This document shows, in pieces, positions 9,322 through 18,366 of a stretch of 64,000 nt of DNA. The stretch's first letter is position 1, and each line of letters opens with the position of its first letter. A program made the position numbers and the translations under genes. Source of the stretch: an uncultured virus (IMG/VR IMGVR_UViG_3300010163_001408) (lineage: Duplodnaviria; Heunggongvirae; Uroviricota; Caudoviricetes); the IMG/VR virus record IMGVR_UViG_3300010163_001408; one strand, 5' to 3'. The notes below the pieces were generated by a model. That model ran no database searches. It was not told where the DNA came from and saw only the letters and a list, made by a program, of their open reading frames with translations.

Positions 9322-10452
9322 ATGAAAGATAAGTATGCAGACATATCTAATTATTACAAGCAAGCACATTTTAATAAACTGGTAAACTACAGAAATAGTA
9401 TAAGAAAAAATCCAGAACTGAAAACACTATTCATAGAAATGACAATAACATGTAACCAGCATTGCAGACATTGTGGAAGTCGATGTGGTGACATTAAGGA
9501 AAAATCGGGGTTGACAGATAATGAAATTTTTGAATGTTTAAAAGAACTTTCTGTAGACATTGCAAGAGATAACAGACCTTTACCATTCTTAGCCATAACA
9601 GGTGGTGAGCCTTTATTAAGAAAGACATTACCAGATTTAATGAAGAAAATACATGATGACCTAGGATATAAATGGGGAATGACAAGTAATGGGCTATTAG
9701 CAACACCTGAAATGTGTCATAGACTAAAAGAAGCTGGCATGTATTCAATAGGGATTAGCCTGGATGGATTAGAAGAAACACATGATTGGTTTAGACAGTC
9801 AAAGGGAAGTTACCAGAAAACACTAGAAAACATTAAGAATTTAGTAAATGAGGGCTTTGGAAATGTAATGGTAACTACAGTAGTTCACAAAAGGAACATA
9901 GGAGAACTTGACAAAATTAAAGAAGTAGTCAAGGGATTAAAAGTGGACACATGGAGAATAATGGGAGTAGACCCTATAGGCAGAACACTGGAAAACAAGG
10001 ATATAATGTTGGACAATAACAGTGACTACAAATACATTATAGATTATATAGTAAACATGAGGGAAAATGACAAAGATATAGATGTAATATATGGATGCAA
10101 TTATTATTTAGGTTTAGACTATGAAAGAAAGGTGAGGCCATGGTATTACTTATGTGGTGCTGGCATAAAGGTAGCAAGCATACAATATAACGGAGACATA
10201 AGTGCTTGCCTAGATATACAAAGAGATGAAAGATTGACCTTTGGAAACATAAGAAAAGATAACCTTTATGACATTTGGAAAAATAAGTTTGAAATATTCA
10301 GAACAGAAAAATCACTAACAAGCAGTAAATGCAAAGATTGTAAAGACAGACTAAATTGTGATGGTAATGGTTGGCATACATGGGATTTTGATAGCAACGA
10401 GCCTAAAATATGTATGAAAGAATTAATAGACTTAAGGGGTGATAACATATGA
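9322..10452 (+). CDS. Radical SAM/SPASM peptide- or protein-modifying enzyme
   Basis: CNQHCRHC (CxxxCxxC), ITGGEPLLR, WGMTSNG, SLDG; SPASM Cys in CGAG...GDISAC...CKDC...C. Confidence 0.9.
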   Translation: MKDKYADISNYYKQAHFNKLVNYRNSIRKNPELKTLFIEMTITCNQHCRHCGSRCGDIKEKSGLTDNEIFECLKELSVDIARDNRPLPFLAITGGEPLLRKTLPDLMKKIHDDLGYKWGMTSNGLLATPEMCHRLKEAGMYSIGISLDGLEETHDWFRQSKGSYQKTLENIKNLVNEGFGNVMVTTVVHKRNIGELDKIKEVVKGLKVDTWRIMGVDPIGRTLENKDIMLDNNSDYKYIIDYIVNMRENDKDIDVIYGCNYYLGLDYERKVRPWYYLCGAGIKVASIQYNGDISACLDIQRDERLTFGNIRKDNLYDIWKNKFEIFRTEKSLTSSKCKDCKDRLNCDGNGWHTWDFDSNEPKICMKELIDLRGDNI

Positions 10453-10928
10453 AACGAAAAATAATAGTAGCTACATTAGGAATTATAATCACAGCAGCCA
10501 CAGTACTGGCAGTTGGCAGTTTAATATCAGATTTTAACCCATTATATAATGAGCCACTATGTTTATATGGTATGATACCAGAGCAAGACGAAGATACACC
10601 AGCAAAAACAAATAGCAACAGTAGGAATTCAAGCAGGAATTTAAACAGTAAAACAAAATTACCAATAGAAATTAAAAAGGCTGCTGATAAAAAAGAAACA
10701 TCCAAGCCATCAGAAGTATATAATCCAGAACGGGATATAGAAATAGATATGTATGGTGTGATAGTACCACGTGATGACGATGATGATCAATCAATAGATA
10801 ACTATGACCCTTATAAAGATATTGTGGTAACCGATTATGGAATAGCAATATTTCCAGATGATGAAGTAAACATTGAATATGATCCATTAAGTGACATACA
10901 AATAGCTGAATATGGATCAATGGAATAA
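10449..10928 (+). CDS. Exported or membrane-anchored acidic protein with four XYG repeats (putative radical SAM substrate)
   Basis: N-terminal basic+hydrophobic signal; LCLYGM, IDMYGV, VTDYGI, IAEYGS, preceded by YNEP/YNP/YDP; overlaps the rSAM stop. Confidence 0.7.
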   Translation: MKRKIIVATLGIIITAATVLAVGSLISDFNPLYNEPLCLYGMIPEQDEDTPAKTNSNSRNSSRNLNSKTKLPIEIKKAADKKETSKPSEVYNPERDIEIDMYGVIVPRDDDDDQSIDNYDPYKDIVVTDYGIAIFPDDEVNIEYDPLSDIQIAEYGSME

Positions 10929-10939
10929 GGAGAAATAAT

Positions 10940-11134
10940 ATGGATGACAAGCAAAAATTAGAAAACATTTTTGGTGATGAACCAACAAACTTTGAGTCTA
11001 ATAACACTATAATAGATGACTATGACCCAGAGGATGATATAGTATTTGATGAATATGAATGTGTAGAAATTGGATATTATATTGATGAACCACCTATAAT
11101 AGATGATAATTCAATGCAAGATTACTATATCTAA
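10940..11134 (+). CDS. Small acidic protein related to the XYG-repeat protein
   Basis: YDPEDDIVFDEYE resembles the YDP..DI...(D/E)YG repeats upstream; RBS AGGAG. Confidence 0.55.
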   Translation: MDDKQKLENIFGDEPTNFESNNTIIDDYDPEDDIVFDEYECVEIGYYIDEPPIIDDNSMQDYYI

Positions 11135-11176
11135 CAGTGACTTAAATATTAGATACACATGCAGGAGTTAATAATC

Positions 11177-11842
11177 ATGGACAAGACACTTAGTGAACTA
11201 TGTAAACAAAATAACATAGAGTATATTAAAGCTATAAAATATAAAAGAAAACATCCAGAATTAACATATGAACAAGTTATTAATTATTATTTAACACATA
11301 ATTTAAATAAAGATTCATTCATGAAACTGTGCAAACAATATGGAATAAAATATGGTACTGCCAATGCTTACAAACAGCATCATCCGGAATTAAGTAACGA
11401 GGAAATAATTAAACATTATATTACACAAAAGAAACCAAAAGAAGAAACATTTAGTAATATGTGCAGGAAACATGGAGTAAATATAGCAACAGCATTTAGT
11501 TATAAGAATTTACATCCTGAATTAAGTAATGAACAAATAATAAATCATTATTTAACATCAAAAACTAATGAATTAAAAGAATTGAGTAAAAAATATAACA
11601 TAGAGTATAAGAGATTACGTGTATACAGAAGTGAGCATCCAAACTTAAGTAATAAAGAAATAATAAATCATTTTTTAGCAAAACAAGAATACCTTAGTAA
11701 GTTATGTGAACAATATGGAATAAAATATAATACTGCCAATGCTTACAAACAGCATCATCCGAAATTAAGTAATGAGGAAATAATTAAACATTATATACCA
11801 AATAGTTTCATCAACAGTCAGGGAGAATTGATTGTACTATAA
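11177..11842 (+). CDS. Tandem HTH-like repeat protein (5 repeats plus cap)
   Basis: LC..Y.I.Y.....YK..HPEL...II..Y repeats; ends IPNSFINSQGELIVL; start chosen from RBS GGAG at 11164. Confidence 0.8.
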   Translation: MDKTLSELCKQNNIEYIKAIKYKRKHPELTYEQVINYYLTHNLNKDSFMKLCKQYGIKYGTANAYKQHHPELSNEEIIKHYITQKKPKEETFSNMCRKHGVNIATAFSYKNLHPELSNEQIINHYLTSKTNELKELSKKYNIEYKRLRVYRSEHPNLSNKEIINHFLAKQEYLSKLCEQYGIKYNTANAYKQHHPKLSNEEIIKHYIPNSFINSQGELIVL

Positions 11843-11855
11843 AGGGGTAAAAAAT

Positions 11856-12347
11856 ATGAATATAAAAATTTATACAGATGGAGCCTGTAGTGGAAACCCT
11901 GGACCTGGTGGATATGGGTGTATACTAAGTACAGTTTTAAATAATGGACAATTGTATGAAGTAAAACACAGTGGCGGATGTAGGATGACTACCAATAATA
12001 GAATGGAAATGATAGCAGTAATTCAAGGTTTACTGGCATTAAATGGTTATGGACATAATATAGAAGTAATAACAGATAGCAAATATGTATGTGATGCATT
12101 CAATGAGGGTTGGGTGTATAAATGGCATGCGAAAGGTTGGCAAAAGAAAGGTGGACTTGCAAATAGGGATTTATGGAGTACATTATTTAATTTAGTAACC
12201 ATGCAAAACAGTGTAAAGTTTACATGGATAAGAGGACATAATGGACACCCATACAACGAGGAATGTGATAGAATAGCAGTCTGCGCAAGACAAGATACAG
12301 CACATCTTGAAACAGATACAGGATATGAAAGATTTGGAAAAATATAA
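11856..12347 (+). CDS. rnhA: Ribonuclease HI
   Basis: IYTDGACSGNPGPGG, TTNNRME, TDSKYV, NRDLW, WIRGHNGHPYNEECD. Confidence 0.95.
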   Translation: MNIKIYTDGACSGNPGPGGYGCILSTVLNNGQLYEVKHSGGCRMTTNNRMEMIAVIQGLLALNGYGHNIEVITDSKYVCDAFNEGWVYKWHAKGWQKKGGLANRDLWSTLFNLVTMQNSVKFTWIRGHNGHPYNEECDRIAVCARQDTAHLETDTGYERFGKI

Positions 12348-12373
12348 ATATAAAAAGATAATAATGCATGATA

Positions 12374-12426
12374 CATTTTATATCAAACAGTTTTATCAAT
12401 AGTCAAGGAGAATTAATATCATATGA
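12374..12426 (+). repeat. Orphan copy of the repeat-family C-terminal cap sequence
   Basis: CATTTTATATCAAACAGTTTTATCAATAGTCAAGGAGAATTAATATCATATGA with no upstream repeat gene; supplies the RBS for ATG 12423. Confidence 0.8.
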
Positions 12427-13235
12427 CATTAAAAGATTTATGCAAGCAGCATAATTTAAAATGGCCTACAGTATATGCATATAAAAATTCACACCCTGAA
12501 TTAACTGATGAACAAATTATAAATTATTATTTATATCCAAAACCACTTACAATTAAAGAATTATGTATGCAACAAGGAATTAAATATGAAAACTTTTTTC
12601 ATTATAGAAGAATGCATAAGGAATTATCATCATTAACAATTAATGAAATAATAGAACACTACTTAGCATCTAAGAAAGTTACATTTAAAGGTTTGTGTGA
12701 TAAAAATGGTATAAATTATAAGCTTGCATCATCATTTAAATTCAAGCATAAAGAATTAACTAATGAACAAATAATTCAATATTATATAAATAAGAGATCA
12801 ACAAAAACAATATTGGATTTGTGTAAAGAAAATAACATAGAACCAAACAAAGTATACGTATTTAAAAGATTACACATTAATGAAGAATTATCTAATGAAC
12901 AATTATTAAACAGTTATATGCAGCATGCTGAAAATAGGTATAAATCAAAACAATTTTTAGATTTATGCAGAAATAATAATATAGATACTAATTCAGCATC
13001 ACAATATAAAAGAAAGCATCCTGAACTGTCAGAGGAACAAGTAATAGAATATTTTTTATTAAAAAATTTAAGCCCACAGAAAATGTTAAGTAATATGTGT
13101 AAAAAGTATAAATTACGTTATAGTACAGTAAGGAAATACAAGGAGAGGCATAACAGTTTAAGTAATGAACAAGCTATTCAGCATTTTATACCAAATAGTT
13201 TCATCAATAGTCAAGGAGAATTAATAGTTATATAA
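12423..13235 (+). CDS. Tandem HTH-like repeat protein (6 repeats plus cap)
   Basis: Same repeat; ends IPNSFINSQGELIVI. Confidence 0.85.
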   Translation: MTLKDLCKQHNLKWPTVYAYKNSHPELTDEQIINYYLYPKPLTIKELCMQQGIKYENFFHYRRMHKELSSLTINEIIEHYLASKKVTFKGLCDKNGINYKLASSFKFKHKELTNEQIIQYYINKRSTKTILDLCKENNIEPNKVYVFKRLHINEELSNEQLLNSYMQHAENRYKSKQFLDLCRNNNIDTNSASQYKRKHPELSEEQVIEYFLLKNLSPQKMLSNMCKKYKLRYSTVRKYKERHNSLSNEQAIQHFIPNSFINSQGELIVI

Positions 13236-13250
13236 GGAGAAAATAAGAGT

Positions 13251-15104
13251 ATGCCAAAGAAAAAATTTGATATGTATAGTGGTGGTGGATTAAGAGATAA
13301 GATAATTGAAAATTACCTAGATGGTAAATTTTTTAATCCTAAAACACACTTAATAGAGCATATTAGTAATAAATTAAACAAATATAATAAAAATTTTATA
13401 CAAAGAATAAATGAATTAAACACACAATTTAGAGCCGTCATAATTGTGTACGGGATTACAATTGTTTTGATACAGGAACATAAGGATCATACATATGGTG
13501 ATTCTCAAAACCTATGGAGATTAATGAGTGCACAGAGTGGTACCATTAATTTCAATAAAAAATTAAGATCAGCACTAAAAAAATATGCAGTAGACAAACA
13601 AATTGTTTATGACAGACTAAAAAATGACTTAGACAGAGAGGATGAAAGATTAGAAAGAAATAAACAATTGATATTTACTACATTTAAAGAGTATGGCATG
13701 AATAATCTAGCTGAATTAGTAGAAAAGGAAACAGGCTTAGATATTTTTAAGCATGCTGAACAATTCATAGATGTTGAATTAGAAGGAGTAATTTTAGCAA
13801 CTGATGAGGATACAGTAGAATTTTATGATAGAACAAAGCATAAATATGTAGAATACTTAAAAGGACTGGCTAATAAGTATGGTATTAACATATATGATGA
13901 CATATCAGAACAAATTAAATTGCATAGGGAAACTAGAGATAGAATAGTAAGTGAAATACATGAAGCAGAAAAACAAAGGAAAGCAGAAAATAAAAAGAAA
14001 AATGCACTTGCTTATATAGCTAAGGATGGAGCAGACTTGCAACAAGATTTAGACAATGCAATTGAACTCATAGAAGAACAAAAAGCAGGTATTAGATTAG
14101 GGTATAGATCAGTTATTACACTCAGAGACAGACTAAAACATTATAGAGGTGCAGCTTATTATATAGGAGTATGTAGTACTAAAATAGTTAATTATATACT
14201 ATTTGGTGATAAACTGGGTAAACGTATTAAAGACATGCTACTTTTTGATACACTAGAAGAAGCTAATCAATACATAGGAAAAATTAACAAAATTCCAGAG
14301 TATAGTAAATTATACATGCTTCCTGTAAAGCTTATTACTAATAATGGTAGTACAAAAGTCATAATGAATAGTAGTTACAAAATAGATGCAGTTAAAAAAT
14401 TAGAGAGTATAATGGAAATATTGGATGATGAAAAGGATACATTATTAACAGTCGAAATAATACAGAAAGCCCTTGGCATCGCAACTAATATTTCATCAGG
14501 TATTGCCATAATATATGTGTGCAAGCATGATAAAAGCCTAGTATTATGCAACAAAGATAATAAAATGGTACCTGGATCAGTTTATGAAAATATGGTTGTA
14601 TTACCTATGAGCAACAGCATAAAAGCAAATGTTCAGTATAATAACATAATATATGAGGCAAGAAAATTGCAAATAAATAATAAGTGGTATAATGAAAAAA
14701 TTGACATAATGAATAGGGAAAATAGATATTTTAGACTATCATTAAGTGGTAACCTTACACTTAAAGACTATGCTATGCTTGATATAAACAAGTATGAAGA
14801 AAAAAATAAATATTATAAATCAATTAATAGGCTAAGAAAACAAATAAATAAAAAACAAGCAACAGAGGAGATATATTATATATGTTTATTACGCACGGTT
14901 AATTATTCTAGTCATAGAATGGGTGACATTATATATGCTAGAATGGAGAATAAAGAAAAAACAACTAATTTTGTATCCTTAATGGATTTATTTTACTCTT
15001 ACAATGATGCATTAGAAGCTTGTAAAGAACTATACAGTATGTATGGCAACACACAAATATACGGAATAAGAACATTTGATTGCAACTATAAAAAGATAAA
15101 ATGA
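13251..15104 (+). CDS. Hypothetical protein with coiled-coil segment
   Basis: 617-aa ORF, RBS AAGGAG. Confidence 0.75.
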   Translation: MPKKKFDMYSGGGLRDKIIENYLDGKFFNPKTHLIEHISNKLNKYNKNFIQRINELNTQFRAVIIVYGITIVLIQEHKDHTYGDSQNLWRLMSAQSGTINFNKKLRSALKKYAVDKQIVYDRLKNDLDREDERLERNKQLIFTTFKEYGMNNLAELVEKETGLDIFKHAEQFIDVELEGVILATDEDTVEFYDRTKHKYVEYLKGLANKYGINIYDDISEQIKLHRETRDRIVSEIHEAEKQRKAENKKKNALAYIAKDGADLQQDLDNAIELIEEQKAGIRLGYRSVITLRDRLKHYRGAAYYIGVCSTKIVNYILFGDKLGKRIKDMLLFDTLEEANQYIGKINKIPEYSKLYMLPVKLITNNGSTKVIMNSSYKIDAVKKLESIMEILDDEKDTLLTVEIIQKALGIATNISSGIAIIYVCKHDKSLVLCNKDNKMVPGSVYENMVVLPMSNSIKANVQYNNIIYEARKLQINNKWYNEKIDIMNRENRYFRLSLSGNLTLKDYAMLDINKYEEKNKYYKSINRLRKQINKKQATEEIYYICLLRTVNYSSHRMGDIIYARMENKEKTTNFVSLMDLFYSYNDALEACKELYSMYGNTQIYGIRTFDCNYKKIK

Positions 15105-15126
15105 TCAGGTGACATCAGGTGACATA

Positions 15127-15972
15127 ATGAATAATAATAATTATACACACTCACAAAAAGACAACATACAGAAAGAACTAATAGAAAAATTATATAAGAT
15201 GTATGCAATCAAAAATAGAAGTGATTACACTGGAAGTATATTAAAATGTGAGTGTATAATTAATAATGAAAGAGGTATATTTAAGGAACGCTATAGTATG
15301 AGAAGCAAAGACCATATAATGGAACAAATAGTCTTTGAACTATCACAACTATTAGGAGTAAATTGTTGCAAAGCATCATGCAGAAAAGTGAATGACATAT
15401 ATGGATCATTTTCAAGATTTGAGGTTGCAGACATAAATAATGTAGTACCATTAAGTGAATATTTGAATGCATCAGAATTACATGCAGATGACTTATTAGA
15501 AACAATAATAAACAAATCAAGAGGAATCATAAATAATATAGTAGTTAATTTATATCAATATATAATATTTGACTACATTACAGGACAACATGATAGGCAT
15601 TTAGAAAACATATCCATATATAAAAATATGAATAATAGAACAATAGTAATGTATCCATTATATGATAACGGTTTATGTTGTTTTTCAATATATAACAATG
15701 AAGATGCTATAGAGAGGTTACAAAAACGTTTTTATCCATCAAGAATGGGTTCAAGTGATGAAATAATGGATGCAATAATAAAGTACAGACACATTATTTA
15801 TCCAGACAATTTAATTAACATAATTCAGTACAACAATGTAAATAAAGATATAATCATGAATATAATAAATAGGTCAGATAAATATAAACAAATGAAACCA
15901 GATAGAAAAGAAGCAATAGCAGAGTTTATATTAAGTCAAATCAAAGATATACATAATATAAATAGGGGATAA
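15127..15972 (+). CDS. HipA/CtkA-like protein kinase
   Basis: FDYITGQHDRHLENI catalytic loop and YPLYDNG; ATG 15127 preferred over GTG 15109. Confidence 0.75.
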   Translation: MNNNNYTHSQKDNIQKELIEKLYKMYAIKNRSDYTGSILKCECIINNERGIFKERYSMRSKDHIMEQIVFELSQLLGVNCCKASCRKVNDIYGSFSRFEVADINNVVPLSEYLNASELHADDLLETIINKSRGIINNIVVNLYQYIIFDYITGQHDRHLENISIYKNMNNRTIVMYPLYDNGLCCFSIYNNEDAIERLQKRFYPSRMGSSDEIMDAIIKYRHIIYPDNLINIIQYNNVNKDIIMNIINRSDKYKQMKPDRKEAIAEFILSQIKDIHNINRG

Positions 15973-15979
15973 TTAGAGA

Positions 15980-16561
15980 ATGTATTACACAAGCGAATAT
16001 ACAAATTTTTGTGCATCAGAACCACCTTATACAGACACAATATATTATAAGGATGGAAATAAGACAATAGCAGTTATACATATAGATAAAGATTGGAATA
16101 TGACAGGTGATGTACTTGATCCATTTGATTTACCAATAAACATATCAGAGCCTACATGGGGTCCTTTAGATCAAGTACAATGTGAGAGAATGTTAATGAA
16201 GGATATGCCAAAACCAAACAGAAAAGATATTATGCAAGAGTATAATATGGGTAATGCAATAGATTATGCAAAGCTAGTGTATTGTACAAGACTTATAAAC
16301 ATGATAAATTCTTATTGGGTAGCATGGTCAGAAAATGATAAAGCAGAGGATTATCACCCAAGGTTTAACCCAGACATTCTAAGAGAAAGGGATTCTTACA
16401 GCATAAAGTTAGACCCAGAGCCAGAAGATAATGAACCACCAACACCTTATATAGACATATGGGACACAAGCAAGTTTGAACCAGTAAACAAACAAGCTTC
16501 AGACTTAGATACTTTTACCATTTCAAATGAGCCATTTAGGAGCATATACAGTAAAGAATAG
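15980..16561 (+). CDS. Putative partner of the HipA-like kinase (HipA N-terminal-like domain)
   Basis: Adjacent to the kinase; MPKPNRKDI...DY...T.....NSYWV resembles the N-terminal region of Firmicute HipA-like kinases. Confidence 0.45.
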   Translation: MYYTSEYTNFCASEPPYTDTIYYKDGNKTIAVIHIDKDWNMTGDVLDPFDLPINISEPTWGPLDQVQCERMLMKDMPKPNRKDIMQEYNMGNAIDYAKLVYCTRLINMINSYWVAWSENDKAEDYHPRFNPDILRERDSYSIKLDPEPEDNEPPTPYIDIWDTSKFEPVNKQASDLDTFTISNEPFRSIYSKE

Positions 16562-16579
16562 AATTAGGGAGAGATAACA

Positions 16580-17119
16580 ATGACATTTAAAGATATGTGC
16601 GAACAAAATGGAATAAGTTATAATACAGCATATCTGTATAGAAAAAGGCATCCAGAATTAACTAACAAACAAGTGATATAACATTACTTAGCACCAAAAC
16701 AAATAGCATTAGCAGCATTATGCAGACAATATAATATAAATTATGGATTAGCAATTAATTATAAATGCAGGCATCCAGAATTAACTAATGAGGGCATAAT
16801 TAAGTATTATATAATTAAGTGTGATTTAAAGCCTAAATCACAATCATTAAAGAGTTTATGCACACAATACAATATAAATTATAATAGAATATACCAGTGT
16901 AAGCAAAGGCATCCAGAGTTAAGTAATGAAGCATTAATACAGTATTGCTTAAGATCAAAAATAAAAACACTTAGTGAATTATGTAAACAATACAAAATAA
17001 AGTACAAGACAGCGAATAATTATAAACAATATCATAAAAATTTATCTAATGAGCAAGTAATTCAATATTTTATACCTAACAGTTTTATTAATAGTCAAGG
17101 AAAATTAATTATAATATAG
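16580..17119 (+). pseudogene. HTH-like repeat gene (4 repeats plus cap) with a premature stop
   Basis: MTFKDMCEQNGISY...QVI*HYL...IPNSFINSQGKLIII; in-frame TAA at 16679-16681; absent from the ORF track. Confidence 0.85.
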
Positions 17120-17131
17120 GAGGAAAAAGAG

Positions 17132-17674
17132 ATGATAGTCTACCATGGAAGTAATAGTAACTTTAAGAAACTAAGAATAGCAAAGGAATTAGTTAAACAT
17201 GAATCATCACAACTCAATGAGGGCTTAGGAATTTACTTTTCAACAAATAAGAAAGTGGCAGAAAGCTATGGAAAGTATTTATATACACTTGAGATTAATA
17301 ATAAATACTTTGTAGATTTTAGAAATAAGTCTAAGTGTCAAGCATATATCAGAGGGATAGTATTAGAAATACAACAAAAAACAGACATAGACATACTTAG
17401 ATATATAAACTTAGATACTCTATTGTATTATATACACAGTGGGAATGTAGCAATCAGTGGTACTTGCAGAGAAATTTACTTAATATTAGATTCAGACGAA
17501 TATTTTTATAGCTTGCCTAAGATAAAAATAGATAGAGTATTTCAGATACTCAGGACATATGATAGCAAACACCTATATGCATACATGTTTAACTATCACA
17601 TAAAAGACATAGGCGTAATAAAGAAAGTAACTGATGATATAGTAAAAATAGTAAACAAGGAAATAGTAGGATAA
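17132..17674 (+). CDS. ADP-ribosyltransferase-fold protein (putative)
   Basis: VYHGS...GLGIYFSTN...AESYG, the H-G-S / G-x-Y-F pattern of PARP/ART-like domains. Confidence 0.55.
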   Translation: MIVYHGSNSNFKKLRIAKELVKHESSQLNEGLGIYFSTNKKVAESYGKYLYTLEINNKYFVDFRNKSKCQAYIRGIVLEIQQKTDIDILRYINLDTLLYYIHSGNVAISGTCREIYLILDSDEYFYSLPKIKIDRVFQILRTYDSKHLYAYMFNYHIKDIGVIKKVTDDIVKIVNKEIVG

Positions 17675-17678
17675 CCAT

Positions 17679-18364
17679 ATGAGTGCTGATATGCATAAAG
17701 AATCATATATAGAAAACCTTTTTATAAATAGTCAATTATCACTATAATCTAAAATAGACACTATAAATAAGATAGATATTTGTAAAATAAATAATATAGC
17801 AGGCGTAGATTTAGACTACTGGAAAGAAAATGGAACAGAATATGCAGTATGTTGCATAGTAGTAATAAACAAAAATAACCAAGTTATTGAAAAAACATAT
17901 TATAAATCAATAATAACAATACCCTATATTCCAGGATGCTTAGCATTCAGGGAGATTCCACTTGTATTAGAAGCAGTAAAACAGCTTAAAAATAACATAG
18001 ACTTATTTATATTTGATGGTAACGGGTACTTACATCCAAGACATATGGGTTTAGCTACACATGCTGGTATATTACTAAATAAACCAAGCATAGGTGTAGC
18101 TAAAACCTATTTTAAGATTATATAGAGCCTGAAAACACGGCATTTGCATATACCAATATAATTATTAATAATTTAATTTATGGCAGAGTAATTAGGACTC
18201 ATAAAGACGTGAAGCCAATATTTTTATCAGTGGGGCATCAGATAGATACAGAAACAGCAACAGAAATAATAAAAACTTTAGTAAATAAAGATAGCCATAT
18301 TCCAATACCAACTCGTTTAGTAGATATAATGACACATGAAAAGCGAAAGGAATTACAGAAATAA
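17679..18364 (+). pseudogene. nfi: Endonuclease V (deoxyinosine 3' endonuclease) pseudogene
   Basis: IAGVDL, PYIPGCLAFRE, FDGNGYLHPRHMGLATH, SIGVAK, then in another frame PIFLSVGH...IPIPTRLVD; TAA at codon 23 and a frameshift near 18115. Confidence 0.9.
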
Positions 18365-18366
18365 TT

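Noticed and set aside
11832..11855. TTG start at 11832 for RNase H
   Set aside because: ATG 11856 has an RBS and matches the usual RNase HI N-terminus (IKIYTDG).
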